Shown: piece after piece, positions 20,037 to 30,136 of the stretch
Position numbering within the stretch: the first letter of the stretch is position 1
Layout of the letters: each line of letters begins with the position of its first letter
From: Candidatus Latescibacterota bacterium
Lineage (GTDB): Bacteria; Latescibacterota; UBA2968; GCA-2709665
Length of the DNA stretch: 64,000 bases
Reading direction: 5' to 3'
Assembly (NCBI GenBank): GCA_965226795.1
Contig: CBDDDZ010000003.1
Span: 448,001-512,000, forward strand
The notes under the pieces: model-generated
What the model was told of the DNA's origin: nothing
What the model saw: only the letters and a program-made list of their open reading frames with translations
Databases searched by the model: none
Program-made: the position numbers and the translations under genes

Positions 20037-20711
20037 GTGATTGCGCTTCGGCACGTCGGCGTAGAGCAGCAGGGGCGCCGTATCCTCGTGGATGTGAATT
20101 TCGAGGTCGAAAAAGGCGAATTCGCGTTCCTGTTGGGGCAGACAGGGGCCGGAAAGAGCACGGTTCTGCAACTGATTCTGTTCGAGCGGCGGCCAACGCA
20201 GGGTGTGGTTCTGGTGGGGAAATACGACTCACAGACCATTCGGGACCGGGATATCCCGGCTTTGCGGCGGCGTGTGAGTATGGTTTCTCAGAGTCACCGT
20301 CTGTTACGGGACCGGACCGTCTACGAGAACGTGGCATTTGCCATGGAAGTGACGGGGACGCCGCGATCGGTTGTAAAGCGGCGCACGCTCGCCCTGCTGG
20401 CCGACGTTGAACTGATGCATAAACGCTCGGTTCGGCCCGGCGCATTGTCCAGTGGCGAACAGCAGCAATTGGAGATTGCCCGTGCCCTGGCAAATGAACC
20501 GTTTGTCCTGCTGGCGGACGAGCCCACGGCCAACCTGGATCCGGAGACAACGGATCTCGTAATGCAAATTCTGGCGGAGGTTCAGGCGCGAGGAACCACG
20601 GTACTGGTGGCCACCCACAACGAGGCCCTGGTGTCGCGGCAACGGCGAAGGGTGCTGCTGCTGGAGGACGGGCGGATTGTACACGCGGGCAAGCCGGAAG
20701 GGCAAAATTGA
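20037..20711 (+). CDS. ftsE: Cell division ATP-binding protein FtsE
   Basis: GQTGAGKST, LSSGEQQ, LLADEPTANLDP, ATHN; followed by ftsX. Confidence 0.9.
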   Translation: MIALRHVGVEQQGRRILVDVNFEVEKGEFAFLLGQTGAGKSTVLQLILFERRPTQGVVLVGKYDSQTIRDRDIPALRRRVSMVSQSHRLLRDRTVYENVAFAMEVTGTPRSVVKRRTLALLADVELMHKRSVRPGALSSGEQQQLEIARALANEPFVLLADEPTANLDPETTDLVMQILAEVQARGTTVLVATHNEALVSRQRRRVLLLEDGRIVHAGKPEGQN

Positions 20712-20779
20712 TCGTGAGATGAAATCGGAGATATGGATCGGTCTGGCGTAGACACGAATTCCCGGCTTGTGGGGGCAAT

Positions 20780-21637
20780 ATGGCGCTGGTGATGGCGTTC
20801 AGGGAGGCAATCAGGGGGTTGTGGCTCACGGGGATGGTGGGGATCGTCTCGGGCGTAACCACGGCGGTTTCACTGATGGTATTGGGGATATTTGTGCTTC
20901 TGGTTGGCGGCGGGCTTTCGATTTTCGAGTCTCTACAGGAAAAAATAGAGGTGGAAGTGTATTTGGAGGACAGCCTCAGCCGGACGCAGGCGCTTCAGAT
21001 GGCGCGTGAGTTTCAAGCAATGGCGGGGGTGGCCGCGGTTCGTTACGTAGACAAGGCGACGGCAGCTGAGGAATTCAGGTCTATGTTCGGCGACGGACTT
21101 CTGGATGCCGTTTCTCGGAATCCGCTGCCGGCGTCCGTTCGGGTCGTGTTGCGATCGGGGGAGGGCGTGGTGAACCGCGCGCGCGCGGTTGCGGAAGCCG
21201 CGGCGAGCCGAAAGGGAGTTGAAAGCGTGGATGCGGGCGAGGCCTGGCTGACCTCTCTTGATCGCGCGCACGACGCGGTTACCTGGATAGGGGTTTCGCT
21301 GGGCGTGGTGCTGTGCCTGGCCTGCACATTTGCCGTGGGCAACACCGCAAAGCTGCTGGTGCTCGCCCAGCGGGAAGCGATTGAAGTGATGCGAATGGTA
21401 GGGGCCACGGGCGGTTTCATCCGCTTGACCGTCTTGCTCGGCGGCGCTGTTCAGGGATGCGCCGGAGGGGTACTGGCCGTGCTGGCACTGTGGAGCAGTT
21501 CGCATTGGTGGGCGGATTGGATACCAGGCGCGGCGCGGGTTGCGCCCGTTTACCTGGGGTTGATAGGACTCGGGGTTCTGTTGGGAATTCTGGGAAGCTG
21601 GGTATCGCTGAACCGCGTCTTGCGGGCCCTGGCGTAA
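20780..21637 (+). CDS. ftsX: Cell division permease FtsX
   Basis: 4-TM layout, EVYL, NPLPASV, IEVMRMVGATGGFIR. Confidence 0.9.
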   Translation: MALVMAFREAIRGLWLTGMVGIVSGVTTAVSLMVLGIFVLLVGGGLSIFESLQEKIEVEVYLEDSLSRTQALQMAREFQAMAGVAAVRYVDKATAAEEFRSMFGDGLLDAVSRNPLPASVRVVLRSGEGVVNRARAVAEAAASRKGVESVDAGEAWLTSLDRAHDAVTWIGVSLGVVLCLACTFAVGNTAKLLVLAQREAIEVMRMVGATGGFIRLTVLLGGAVQGCAGGVLAVLALWSSSHWWADWIPGAARVAPVYLGLIGLGVLLGILGSWVSLNRVLRALA

Positions 21638-21687
21638 TCAGACACCACACCCCATAGGTTCGGGTGCGGCAAAACGCTGAAGATGGG

Positions 21688-22869
21688 ATGACGAGCATGC
21701 ACATTGTTGTTTTGATTCTGATGGTTCTGGCGACCGCGTCGCCGGCCGCAGCGCCGGCGGACCTCCAAACGGCGCTGGCTGCGGAGCATGCCGCGCTCGA
21801 CAGCTTGAAGGCAAGGCTGGAAGCCGACCGAGAGCAACTGAAAAAGGCGAAAATCCGGCAAAAGGCGGTTACTCTGGATCTGGAGCGTAAGGAACGCGAC
21901 ATCGTCCGAAGCAGGGGCGAGTTGCGCAAGTTGGCGCGCCGGCAAAGGAATTTGACGCGACGACTGGGCACAGCGCGTCGCGAACTGGTCCGGGTGGACG
22001 CGAGGAAGAAGACGCGTGAGACGGACATCTCCCGCCGTATGCGGGAGATGTACAAACTCGGCAGGCGGGGCACGTTGCGGATCCTATTTTCCGCAGGGTC
22101 ATTTACTGAAGCGTTCAGACGTCTGCGCTATCTGTCCAGGGTTGGGGCTCAGGACCGCAGGGACTTTGAAGCGATTCAGTACGATCGAAAGCGGATTTCG
22201 GGCGTCCTCAGGTTGCAGGCCGTGCGGCACAAACGCCAAAAGGCCCTGCTGAGCGTCAAACGTAGAGCCGAGGATCGGCTCGCAGTCCATGTTCGACGGC
22301 GGGAGGCTGAACTTAAGCGGCTCCGGATGGATGCGGACGCCGTCGCGGAGGCGGTTCGAAGGACGAAGGCGGCCATGGACGCGTCCAGTGAGCGGATCCG
22401 GCAGATCATTCAGGAAACGGGAAGCTGGCGCCAGCATACCGCATTGCCGCCATTCGATTTTTCATCCCACTTCGGCAGACTGCCGCGGCCGGCTCCTGGT
22501 GGGGTGGTGGAGTACTTCGGCAGGCACCAGGATCCGGACCTGAAGACGTGGACGTTCAATCGAGGCATCAATATTGCGGCACCCGCAGGCACCGAGGTTC
22601 GGGCGGTTGCGCCAGGCAGGGTTGCGCTCGTGGACTGGTTTCCGGGGTACGGCCAGTTTGTGTTGTTGCACCATCCAGGCGGATTTTATACACTCTACGG
22701 GCATCTTTCCGAGGTGTACGTGACACTGGAACACCCGGTGGTTCAGGCGGCCGTACTCGGAACGGTGGGAAGCACCGGTCGGTTAGACGGCATTCCGCAA
22801 CTCCATTTTGAGATTATGCGGGGCGAGGAGCCGATCAATCCGGCGCTGTGGCTTGCGAAGAGTCAATAA
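21688..22869 (+). CDS. envC: EnvC-like coiled-coil M23 murein hydrolase activator
   Basis: Signal peptide, long coiled coil, degenerate M23 (NRGINIAAP, YTLYGHLS, LHFEI) after ftsEX. Confidence 0.8.
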   Translation: MTSMHIVVLILMVLATASPAAAPADLQTALAAEHAALDSLKARLEADREQLKKAKIRQKAVTLDLERKERDIVRSRGELRKLARRQRNLTRRLGTARRELVRVDARKKTRETDISRRMREMYKLGRRGTLRILFSAGSFTEAFRRLRYLSRVGAQDRRDFEAIQYDRKRISGVLRLQAVRHKRQKALLSVKRRAEDRLAVHVRRREAELKRLRMDADAVAEAVRRTKAAMDASSERIRQIIQETGSWRQHTALPPFDFSSHFGRLPRPAPGGVVEYFGRHQDPDLKTWTFNRGINIAAPAGTEVRAVAPGRVALVDWFPGYGQFVLLHHPGGFYTLYGHLSEVYVTLEHPVVQAAVLGTVGSTGRLDGIPQLHFEIMRGEEPINPALWLAKSQ

Positions 22870-22903
22870 TCGGAAACTATGGGGAGGGTCCTGAAACCAG
22901 GCT

Positions 22904-23860
22904 ATGGATTTTACCGAGGCCATATCTTTTTTCGAGCCAGATGAACCGTATCTGCTTTCAACCCACGTCAATGCAGACGGCGATGGGATTGGAGGCCTTC
23001 TGGCGTTGAGGGAAATGCTGGTCCAGAAGGAGCGGGTGTGTCGGCTTGTGGTGGGCGACGAGACCTTAAATCCGAAATTTGCTTTTCTCCCGGGATTTGA
23101 GCATATTGAGTTGTACAGGTCTCTCGCGGACCGCCCGGCTTTTTGCCGGGCGGTATTCGTGGACACGCCCACGCTCGATCCTGGGCGAGTGGGCAACGTG
23201 GGTCGCCTGCTCGGTGAGGACGCGCGCACGATGATTATCGATCATCATGCGGGCCGGAAGCCGGAGGGCGACGTCCGTATCATCGACCGGGCGGCCAGTG
23301 CCGCCAGTGAACTGGTTTACGGGTTGCTTCTGGCGGCCGAGACGGCGATCAATCCGGCGATTGCCACCCAGATTTACGCGGGAATCGCGTTCGATACCAA
23401 GCTTTTCAGGTTCTCCCAGCCGGAACGAGCGCTAAAAGTCTGCAGCGATCTGGTGGATTTCGGCGCGAACCCGGAGGCGATCGCCGATGCGCTGTTCGCC
23501 CGGGAAAGCCATGAAACCATGATGATGTTGGCGGCCGCTCTAGGTACCCTGGAACTTCATTTCGACGGTCGGGTGAATACCCTGGTGGTCGACCACGCGA
23601 CTTACCGAAAGGGCGGTAATCTGGATCCTGTGGTGGACCACGCCATGGCAATCGACGGGATTCAGGTGGCGTTGTTTTTCAAGGAAGAGACGCCGGGACG
23701 GTTCCGCGTCAGCCTGCGTTCCCGTGGAGCAGTGGATGTGAACCGCATCGCCGTGGCGTTTGGCGGCGGCGGGCACGCGCGGGCGTCGGGGTGCAAAATC
23801 GAAAAGCCGATTGAAGAAGCGAAACGGTTATTGTTGGCCGAAGTAAAGCGGCAACTGTAA
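22904..23860 (+). CDS. nrnA: DHH/DHHA1 phosphoesterase (NrnA-like oligoribonuclease)
   Basis: HVNADGD, IIDHH, VSLRS, FGGGGHARASG. Confidence 0.88.
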   Translation: MDFTEAISFFEPDEPYLLSTHVNADGDGIGGLLALREMLVQKERVCRLVVGDETLNPKFAFLPGFEHIELYRSLADRPAFCRAVFVDTPTLDPGRVGNVGRLLGEDARTMIIDHHAGRKPEGDVRIIDRAASAASELVYGLLLAAETAINPAIATQIYAGIAFDTKLFRFSQPERALKVCSDLVDFGANPEAIADALFARESHETMMMLAAALGTLELHFDGRVNTLVVDHATYRKGGNLDPVVDHAMAIDGIQVALFFKEETPGRFRVSLRSRGAVDVNRIAVAFGGGGHARASGCKIEKPIEEAKRLLLAEVKRQL

Positions 23861-23945
23861 TGAACCGGGTCGATCCATTTGCGTTGAAACGACCTGCGGC
23901 CGGCAAACGATCACGCGCCCTGGTGAGGAGGAAGGTCATTCGCCC

Positions 23946-24854
23946 ATGGATTTGATTACGCTCAAGGCATGGTCGGCTGAGGATATCCTGGATACGGTGG
24001 AGGCGGGTCTGTTGATGAAGGCAGACCCGAAACGGTTTTCGGGAGCATTAAAGGGCCGAACGCTGGCGATGCTGTTTCAGAAGCCATCGACGCGGACCCG
24101 ATGTTCGTTTGAAACGGGGATGAACCAACTGGGCGGGTACGCCATGAATCTGGATTGGCGAGCCACCAATTTCCAGTTGGCGGATCTTAAAGACGAAGCC
24201 CAGGTGCTTTCCCGGTATTCGGACGTCATTATGGCCCGGATGTTGAATCACTGCGACCTGCGGAAACTTGCCGACGGGGCTGAGGTGCCTGTGATTAACG
24301 GGTGCTGCAATCGGTACCATCCGTGCCAGGCGCTTGGCGATCTGATGACCATCCGGGAGATCCGGGGGAAACTGGAGGGCGCTCATCTGGTTTACGTGGG
24401 CATTCGGAACAACGTGTGCAATTCGTTGATCGCAGGATGTACCAAAGCCGGTGTGCGAATCACGTCAGTGACGCCGGAGGTGAACAGACCTTCCGAGGAC
24501 GAGGATCTCACCAAACAGGCACGGTCGACCGGTCTGTTTGAGGAGACCCTGGACCTGGAGGCGGCGGTGGCGGAGGCGGATTTTCTCTATACGGACACCT
24601 GGATCGACATGGAGTTTTTCCAAGATCCTGCGTATGAAGCGGAGAAGCAGCGGCGCGTTGAGGCGTTTGCTCCGTATCAGATAAATACGGACCTGATGGA
24701 CAAGACTGGAGCGCTGGTAATGCATTGCCTGCCCGCACACAAGGGGTACGAGTTGACGGCGGAAGTGATGGCAAGCCCGAGATACGTGGCGGTGGATCAG
24801 GCGGAAAACAGGATGCATGTTCAAAAGGCGATCCTGACGCAGTTGCTCGGATAA
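23946..24854 (+). CDS. argF: Ornithine carbamoyltransferase family protein
   Basis: STRT, HPCQ, MHCLP, QAENRMH; SMG loop replaced by DME. Confidence 0.85.
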   Translation: MDLITLKAWSAEDILDTVEAGLLMKADPKRFSGALKGRTLAMLFQKPSTRTRCSFETGMNQLGGYAMNLDWRATNFQLADLKDEAQVLSRYSDVIMARMLNHCDLRKLADGAEVPVINGCCNRYHPCQALGDLMTIREIRGKLEGAHLVYVGIRNNVCNSLIAGCTKAGVRITSVTPEVNRPSEDEDLTKQARSTGLFEETLDLEAAVAEADFLYTDTWIDMEFFQDPAYEAEKQRRVEAFAPYQINTDLMDKTGALVMHCLPAHKGYELTAEVMASPRYVAVDQAENRMHVQKAILTQLLG

Positions 24855-24892
24855 CGGCGCCACCCACACGCATCACGGGAGTATGGATCGGC

Positions 24893-25528
24893 GTGGCCGG
24901 ACTGTTTATTACGTTTGAAGGCATCGACAGGAGCGGGAAAACCACGCAGGCTGAGCGGCTGGTCGAGCGGCTGCGCGCGGAGGGCCGAGCCGTGGTGTTC
25001 ACACTGGAGCCGGGGGGCACCGGGTTGGGCCGGAGGGTCCGCAGTCTTGTTCTGGCGCGTCGATCGGAGGTGGACCCCGCCGCCGAGATGCTGTTATTCG
25101 CGGCTGATCGGGCTCAGCATGTCAACACGGTAATCCGGCCTGCATTGATGCAGGGGAAAGTGGTGGTTTCAGACCGGTATGTCGATTCCACCGTCGTCTA
25201 CCAGGGCTATGGGCGCGGGCTGGAACTGAATCGTATTCAGGCGGTTCAGGAGGTGGCCACCGGGGGGCTCAGGCCGGACCTGACTGTTTGGATCGACATG
25301 GATCTCGCAACCGCTAAAAGGCGATGGATATCTGGAAATGCCGACAGGCTCGAAGCGGCCGGCGATGCGTTTTTCGATAAGGTAGGGAAAGGGTATCGAA
25401 GGATGTGGCGGGCGGAACCGGAGCGTATTTTTCGGGTTGACGGCCGGCTTCCTGTCGAGGATCTGGCGTGCAGGATCTACAACGAGACACATAAACGGCT
25501 GGCCGGCGCGGCCCGGCCAAACGGCTGA
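24893..25528 (+). CDS. tmk: Thymidylate kinase (GTG start)
   Basis: FITFEGIDRSGKTTQ, LLFAADRAQH, SDRY, YQG. Confidence 0.95.
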   Translation: MAGLFITFEGIDRSGKTTQAERLVERLRAEGRAVVFTLEPGGTGLGRRVRSLVLARRSEVDPAAEMLLFAADRAQHVNTVIRPALMQGKVVVSDRYVDSTVVYQGYGRGLELNRIQAVQEVATGGLRPDLTVWIDMDLATAKRRWISGNADRLEAAGDAFFDKVGKGYRRMWRAEPERIFRVDGRLPVEDLACRIYNETHKRLAGAARPNG

Positions 25529-25644
25529 TATACAGGAAATCCGGGTGCATGGGCGGATGCCCGGGACGGCTCGGCCTGCCTGTGCGTGCTGTCTCACGCA
25601 CGCAGACAGGTGGAAGAATGGTGGCATATTTCCGGGACAGGACA
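25525..25644 (+). mobile_element. MITE-like element, copy 3 (left end degenerate)
   Basis: Right TIR TATTTCCGGGACAGGACA (25627-25644); internal 36-bp hairpin identical to 45812-45847. Confidence 0.6.
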
Positions 25645-25679
25645 CTGGCCACGGCGCCGCGGAATAACGGGAACAGACA

Positions 25680-27617
25680 ATGCGGAGGCGGAATATGAGC
25701 GGGCGGAAACGCAGACGAATATGGGTTGGAGTGGCACTTTTCGGCCTTTTGGGAACCTGCCTGGTTCTGGACTCGCGGCTTGTCAAAGGGCAAGACGGGT
25801 ACGCCACCGTCGACAGTGGCATAGACGAATACATGAAAACTCTGAAGCTACTGACCACGAGCTACTATAAGCCGCTGGCATCCGACTCGCTCACGACTTC
25901 AGCCATTGAAGGCATGCTGGACGAACTGGACCCGTATACGCAAATCCTCAATCGGCGCGGCTTCGAAGATCTTATGATCGATACCCGCGGCAAATTTGGT
26001 GGGTTGGGTATCACGATCAGCACCATGAAGCGGAATGGAGTCGAGGTGCCCGTCGTTCTGAGTGTGATCGAGGGTACGCCCGCCGACACATCCGGACTTG
26101 TGGTCGGCGATCGGATCGTCGCTGTGGATAGCGACCCCACGCTCAACAAGAAACTGGAGGAGGTTGTGGATGTGCTGCGTGGGACGCCGGGCAATCGGGT
26201 CGTGATTACGATCGACCGACCGGGTCGGTCCGAGCCGTTCGACCAGGAGATTATCCGGGCGCGTATTCGTGTAAAAAGCGTGGCTAGCATTGCCGGGATT
26301 GAAGAAGGCATCGGTTACATTGCCATGTCCGGTTTGATTAACAGCCGGTTCTCGGAATCTACGCCCGATGAGCTGAAGGCGGCAGTGGATGAACTGAAAG
26401 CGAAGAATATGCAGGGCATTATTCTGGACCTGCGGGGGAATCCGGGCGGGCTGCTGGCGCAGGCCGTCGCCGTCGCCGACGTGTTTCTGGAACCCGGTCT
26501 TCTGGTTGTCACCACCCGGGGTCGTGTGGAATCCCAAAACAAGGAGTACCATACCGCAGAGAGGTCTCGGGTTAAGGATATTCCACTGGTCGTTCTGGTC
26601 AACGCGCACAGCGCCAGCGCCTCGGAGATAGTCGCGGGCGCAATTCAGGACTCGGACCGGGGGTTGATCCTGGGCACACCGACCTTTGGAAAGGGATCTG
26701 TGCAATCCTTCCAGCACGTTAGCCAGGACAAAGCGCTGAAGTGGACAACGGCACTCTACTATACCCCCAGCGGACGGAGCATCCACAAAAACAGACGGTT
26801 TGGACGGCTGGGGAACCTGGCGCTGAATGTGGGGGACTCGCAGGTGCCTCTGTATCAAACCGTTGCGACGATTGCCGGAGAAGAGAGTCGGGAAGACGCG
26901 ATCACACGGCTTTTCGAACAGTTTGATCTGGAATCCATGAAGCAGGCGGAGCAGCTTTTCGAGATGGAACTGGGGCAGATGTTGGGGATGGCGTTGCGAG
27001 AGGACCGTGTCGCTACCGAAGTCTCGGACTCGGCCAGGGCTTTCACTACCGCTGGGGGGCGCACGGTTTATGGAGGAGGTGGAATCACACCCGACGTAGT
27101 GGTGAAGCCGAAGCGCAGGCCACGGCTGATACTCGAAATGTACAGAGCCGGACTCTTTTTCGATTTTGCCGTTGAATACGCCACGCGGAACACGTTTCCG
27201 GCGAATCCGGAGGGGTACGAGGTGGGGGGCAGGGAAATCGCCGCGTTCCGGGCATTTCTCGCCGACTCGACGAATCTCGGAAATTTCAGACGATACCGCA
27301 CGCCAGCCGAAAACGAACTGGAGAATCTGACCCGGACTCTGGCGGCCGCAGGCATCGAGGCGAAAGTCGGCCAGGCGTTGGAAACCCTGCGGAACGTTGT
27401 TGAAACGGAGCGGGAAGCGGAATTTGAAAAGGCCGAAGCGTTTTTCAGGCAGGAAATCGGACGGGAATTGGGAAACCGGGTCTTCGGAAAGAAGGGGCGT
27501 ATTCTGGCGCGGCTGAGGGGCGATGAACAGTATCAGGAGGCCGTTAGAATTCTCAAAGATCCCGAACGATACAGAAAGAGCATGAAGTTGGCGCTTGCCG
27601 ACCAGAACGGGCGCTGA
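25680..27617 (+). CDS. ctpA: S41 family C-terminal processing protease with PDZ domain
   Basis: LDPYT, FGGLGI, DLRGNPGG, SASASEI, TFGKGSVQ, YYTPSGRSI, GGGITPD. Confidence 0.95.
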   Translation: MRRRNMSGRKRRRIWVGVALFGLLGTCLVLDSRLVKGQDGYATVDSGIDEYMKTLKLLTTSYYKPLASDSLTTSAIEGMLDELDPYTQILNRRGFEDLMIDTRGKFGGLGITISTMKRNGVEVPVVLSVIEGTPADTSGLVVGDRIVAVDSDPTLNKKLEEVVDVLRGTPGNRVVITIDRPGRSEPFDQEIIRARIRVKSVASIAGIEEGIGYIAMSGLINSRFSESTPDELKAAVDELKAKNMQGIILDLRGNPGGLLAQAVAVADVFLEPGLLVVTTRGRVESQNKEYHTAERSRVKDIPLVVLVNAHSASASEIVAGAIQDSDRGLILGTPTFGKGSVQSFQHVSQDKALKWTTALYYTPSGRSIHKNRRFGRLGNLALNVGDSQVPLYQTVATIAGEESREDAITRLFEQFDLESMKQAEQLFEMELGQMLGMALREDRVATEVSDSARAFTTAGGRTVYGGGGITPDVVVKPKRRPRLILEMYRAGLFFDFAVEYATRNTFPANPEGYEVGGREIAAFRAFLADSTNLGNFRRYRTPAENELENLTRTLAAAGIEAKVGQALETLRNVVETEREAEFEKAEAFFRQEIGRELGNRVFGKKGRILARLRGDEQYQEAVRILKDPERYRKSMKLALADQNGR

Positions 27618-27921
27618 ACCCGGAACCCGCGGCGCGATCCATTTGTGCATAATCGAAGTGTGTTACAATAGGAAAAGCGCGAGCGGCTTCAGTAATGGAA
27701 TGCGGGATCCGGCGCACAGTTTTGGCTTGCCAGTTACCAACACGTGGTTTAGACTTAGAGTACCGGATAGATTTCAAATCCTTTAAGAAACAATATCTTA
27801 GGAAGGCACTGCCTCACCGCATCGGCCGTCAGTTTGTTGCCACTCCGTCAGGAACAAGCGCAGGATGGCCGGATTTCCCGTGAAGCGTGTACCAAACGGT
27901 ATCGTCAATGTGTGGGTGGAG

Positions 27922-28371
27922 ATGATGGAAGAATCAAACGGTGAACGGGACGATCTCTACGAACAGGTGCTCGAGCACGCCCGCCGCGAAATAGATGCCT
28001 CCTCATCTCAGGTTGAGAAACTGAGACGCACGCTCGGCCTTCTCGAAGCGCGCGTTGAGGCGGCCAGGGCGGTCTACGAAGCCGCTGCCGCGCGCCTGAA
28101 TCTGGAAGATGAATCGGATGGCCAGGGCCTTTCTGTTACGGAAACTTTGTCATCCGTTCAGGCGTTTCTGTCTGTTGACCAACCCACGAAGCCGCTGCCG
28201 CGGGCCCGGAATCAACGGGAAGCCGTGGCGCAGACCGCAAAACAGAGCCGGCCGGCCGGCGACTCGCGCGAACCCTGGCGGCGGCTGCAGATCGGCGGGT
28301 CCACCGTTGTGTGGAAAAGAGTGAAGAAGCCGAAACAGCGGCAGAGCCAGAGCGGGGGCCGGGCATCCTGA
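27922..28371 (+). CDS. Hypothetical protein: N-terminal coiled coil, disordered linker, basic C-terminus
   Basis: GGAG SD before ATG, amphipathic heptads, followed by terminator. Confidence 0.65.
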   Translation: MMEESNGERDDLYEQVLEHARREIDASSSQVEKLRRTLGLLEARVEAARAVYEAAAARLNLEDESDGQGLSVTETLSSVQAFLSVDQPTKPLPRARNQREAVAQTAKQSRPAGDSREPWRRLQIGGSTVVWKRVKKPKQRQSQSGGRAS

Positions 28372-28410
28372 GCTTTCGCGGTCGGAAGAGGGGCCATATT
28401 GCCGAATTCA

Positions 28411-28454
28411 GGGCCTGCTCGCGGAGGTAGACCGACGGCAGGCCCGGTTTTTTT
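28411..28454 (+). terminator. Intrinsic terminator
   Basis: GGGCCTGC...GCAGGCCC stem then GG-T7. Confidence 0.6.
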
Positions 28455-28667
28455 GTATTCAAGGCGAAACCCGGATGCCGAGGCAGGGAATGTCATTTAT
28501 TGGCACATTCCCTGTTTTTTTGCTATCTTACACTTGCGGCGGGCCAGCGCGATGGGTATGGCTTCGACACCATCCCTTACTAATTTTGCAGGAGAAAAAT
28601 CGTAACGAGTATCCGCACCCGCCTTAGATGATTCGTTTTTGGAAACCATTCGGTCAGGTGAGCAAGT

Positions 28668-30116
28668 ATGGGAATCTGTGCAGAGGAAAAACCGATTGAA
28701 GAGACCGACGCGAAGGAGCGCAGCCTCAGTATTGACAGGATGACGCCCTCCGGCGGCCTTTATACGGATGTCCAGCGTGCGGTGCATCCCAACTCGAACA
28801 GCCCGTGGCGGGTGTCGCCCGAACCGTTCTGGATGCCACCCCGGGTTATAGAGCATCTGGAACGCCTGGGCGGCCATTTGTATGATTTCTATAAAGCCTG
28901 CAACCGCCTGTATTCTCAGAGTGTCCGGAATGTTCAGCCCGCCTGGGTAGCGGCATACCTGGACCAGGGGAAGCCGGAAACGGTGATCGGATTCGGCCGG
29001 ATGAACCGATTCAAGCAGCATCTGCCTCTGGTAATCCGGCCGGACCTGATTCCGACCCCCACGGGAACGATCGCTTCGGAGTTGGACTCGGTGCCGGGGG
29101 GCATCGGGTTTACTGCCAGCCTGGCGGAGCGTTACGGCCATTTCGGGTTTGAAATTGTGGGTGGCGCCGATGGAATGGTGAACGGATTCATGGGGATGGT
29201 ACGGTCGGTTGCCGGTATGGGGGAGCCGGTGCTGGGCGTTGTGGTTTCTGAGGAATCTTCGGGGTACCGTCCTGAAATGACCTGGTTGGGGGAGGCCTTG
29301 AATCGTGCCGGATTGGAAACCTATGTAGTGCGCCCGGAAGAGGTTATTTTCAGCGAAGCCGGACTGTTCGTGAACGGTGCGGGCGGAAGACGGCAGATCG
29401 ACGTGCTTTACCGGTTTTTTGAATTGTTCGACCTGAAAAATATACCCAAGATGGATCTGATTCTATATGCCATTCGAAAGGGAACTGTAAAGGCAACGCC
29501 GCCGCTGAAGGCCCACCTGGAAGAGAAAATGCTAATGGCCCTGTTCCACCACCCCCTGTTGCGTTCGTTCTGGATTCGCGAACTTGGAGAAGAAGGGGTG
29601 GAGTTTTTGATGCAGACCTTACCGAAGACCTGGATTCTGGACCCGCGTCCCCTGCCGCCGCACGGCGTTATTCCGGAATTGAGTGTGGACGGCCGGGTTT
29701 TCGGGAACTGGCAGGACCTCGGCTCACTGCGTCAGAAACAGCGCCATTTTGTTATTAAGCCGTCCGGATTCTCGGACCGGGCCTGGGGCAGCCGGGGCGT
29801 CGCGGTCGGCCACGATATGTCGGAGACGGACTGGCAGGCTACTATCAAGTCCGCGCTTGGCGATTATTACAAGTCGCCCCACATTCTGCAGGAGTTCCAC
29901 ACGGGTTCCCGCTTTTCGGCGGCGTACTATGATTTCGAGACGGATCGTATGATACGCCTCAAAGGGCGCGTGCGCATCCAGCCTTACTATTTCGTTCTGG
30001 ACGGTCAGCCCGTGTTGTCGGGCGTCCAGGCCACGGTTTGTCCGCCGGACAAGAAGGTATTGCACGGGATGGTCGACGCGGTGGTGATGCCGGGCGGGGT
30101 TGGAAATCCCAAGTGA
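28668..30116 (+). CDS. Circularly permuted ATP-grasp / glutathionylspermidine-synthase-like ligase
   Basis: IRPDL...SELDSVPGG, IDVLYRFF, VIKPSG..AWGSRGV, ILQEF motif order fits CP-ATP-grasp. Confidence 0.65.
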   Translation: MGICAEEKPIEETDAKERSLSIDRMTPSGGLYTDVQRAVHPNSNSPWRVSPEPFWMPPRVIEHLERLGGHLYDFYKACNRLYSQSVRNVQPAWVAAYLDQGKPETVIGFGRMNRFKQHLPLVIRPDLIPTPTGTIASELDSVPGGIGFTASLAERYGHFGFEIVGGADGMVNGFMGMVRSVAGMGEPVLGVVVSEESSGYRPEMTWLGEALNRAGLETYVVRPEEVIFSEAGLFVNGAGGRRQIDVLYRFFELFDLKNIPKMDLILYAIRKGTVKATPPLKAHLEEKMLMALFHHPLLRSFWIRELGEEGVEFLMQTLPKTWILDPRPLPPHGVIPELSVDGRVFGNWQDLGSLRQKQRHFVIKPSGFSDRAWGSRGVAVGHDMSETDWQATIKSALGDYYKSPHILQEFHTGSRFSAAYYDFETDRMIRLKGRVRIQPYYFVLDGQPVLSGVQATVCPPDKKVLHGMVDAVVMPGGVGNPK

Positions 30117-30136
30117 AGTCTCCAGTGGAACGACAT

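Noticed and set aside
27721..27740. sigma54 promoter-like TGGC sequences at ~27723 and ~28501
   Set aside because: The -12 GC is missing at the required spacing.
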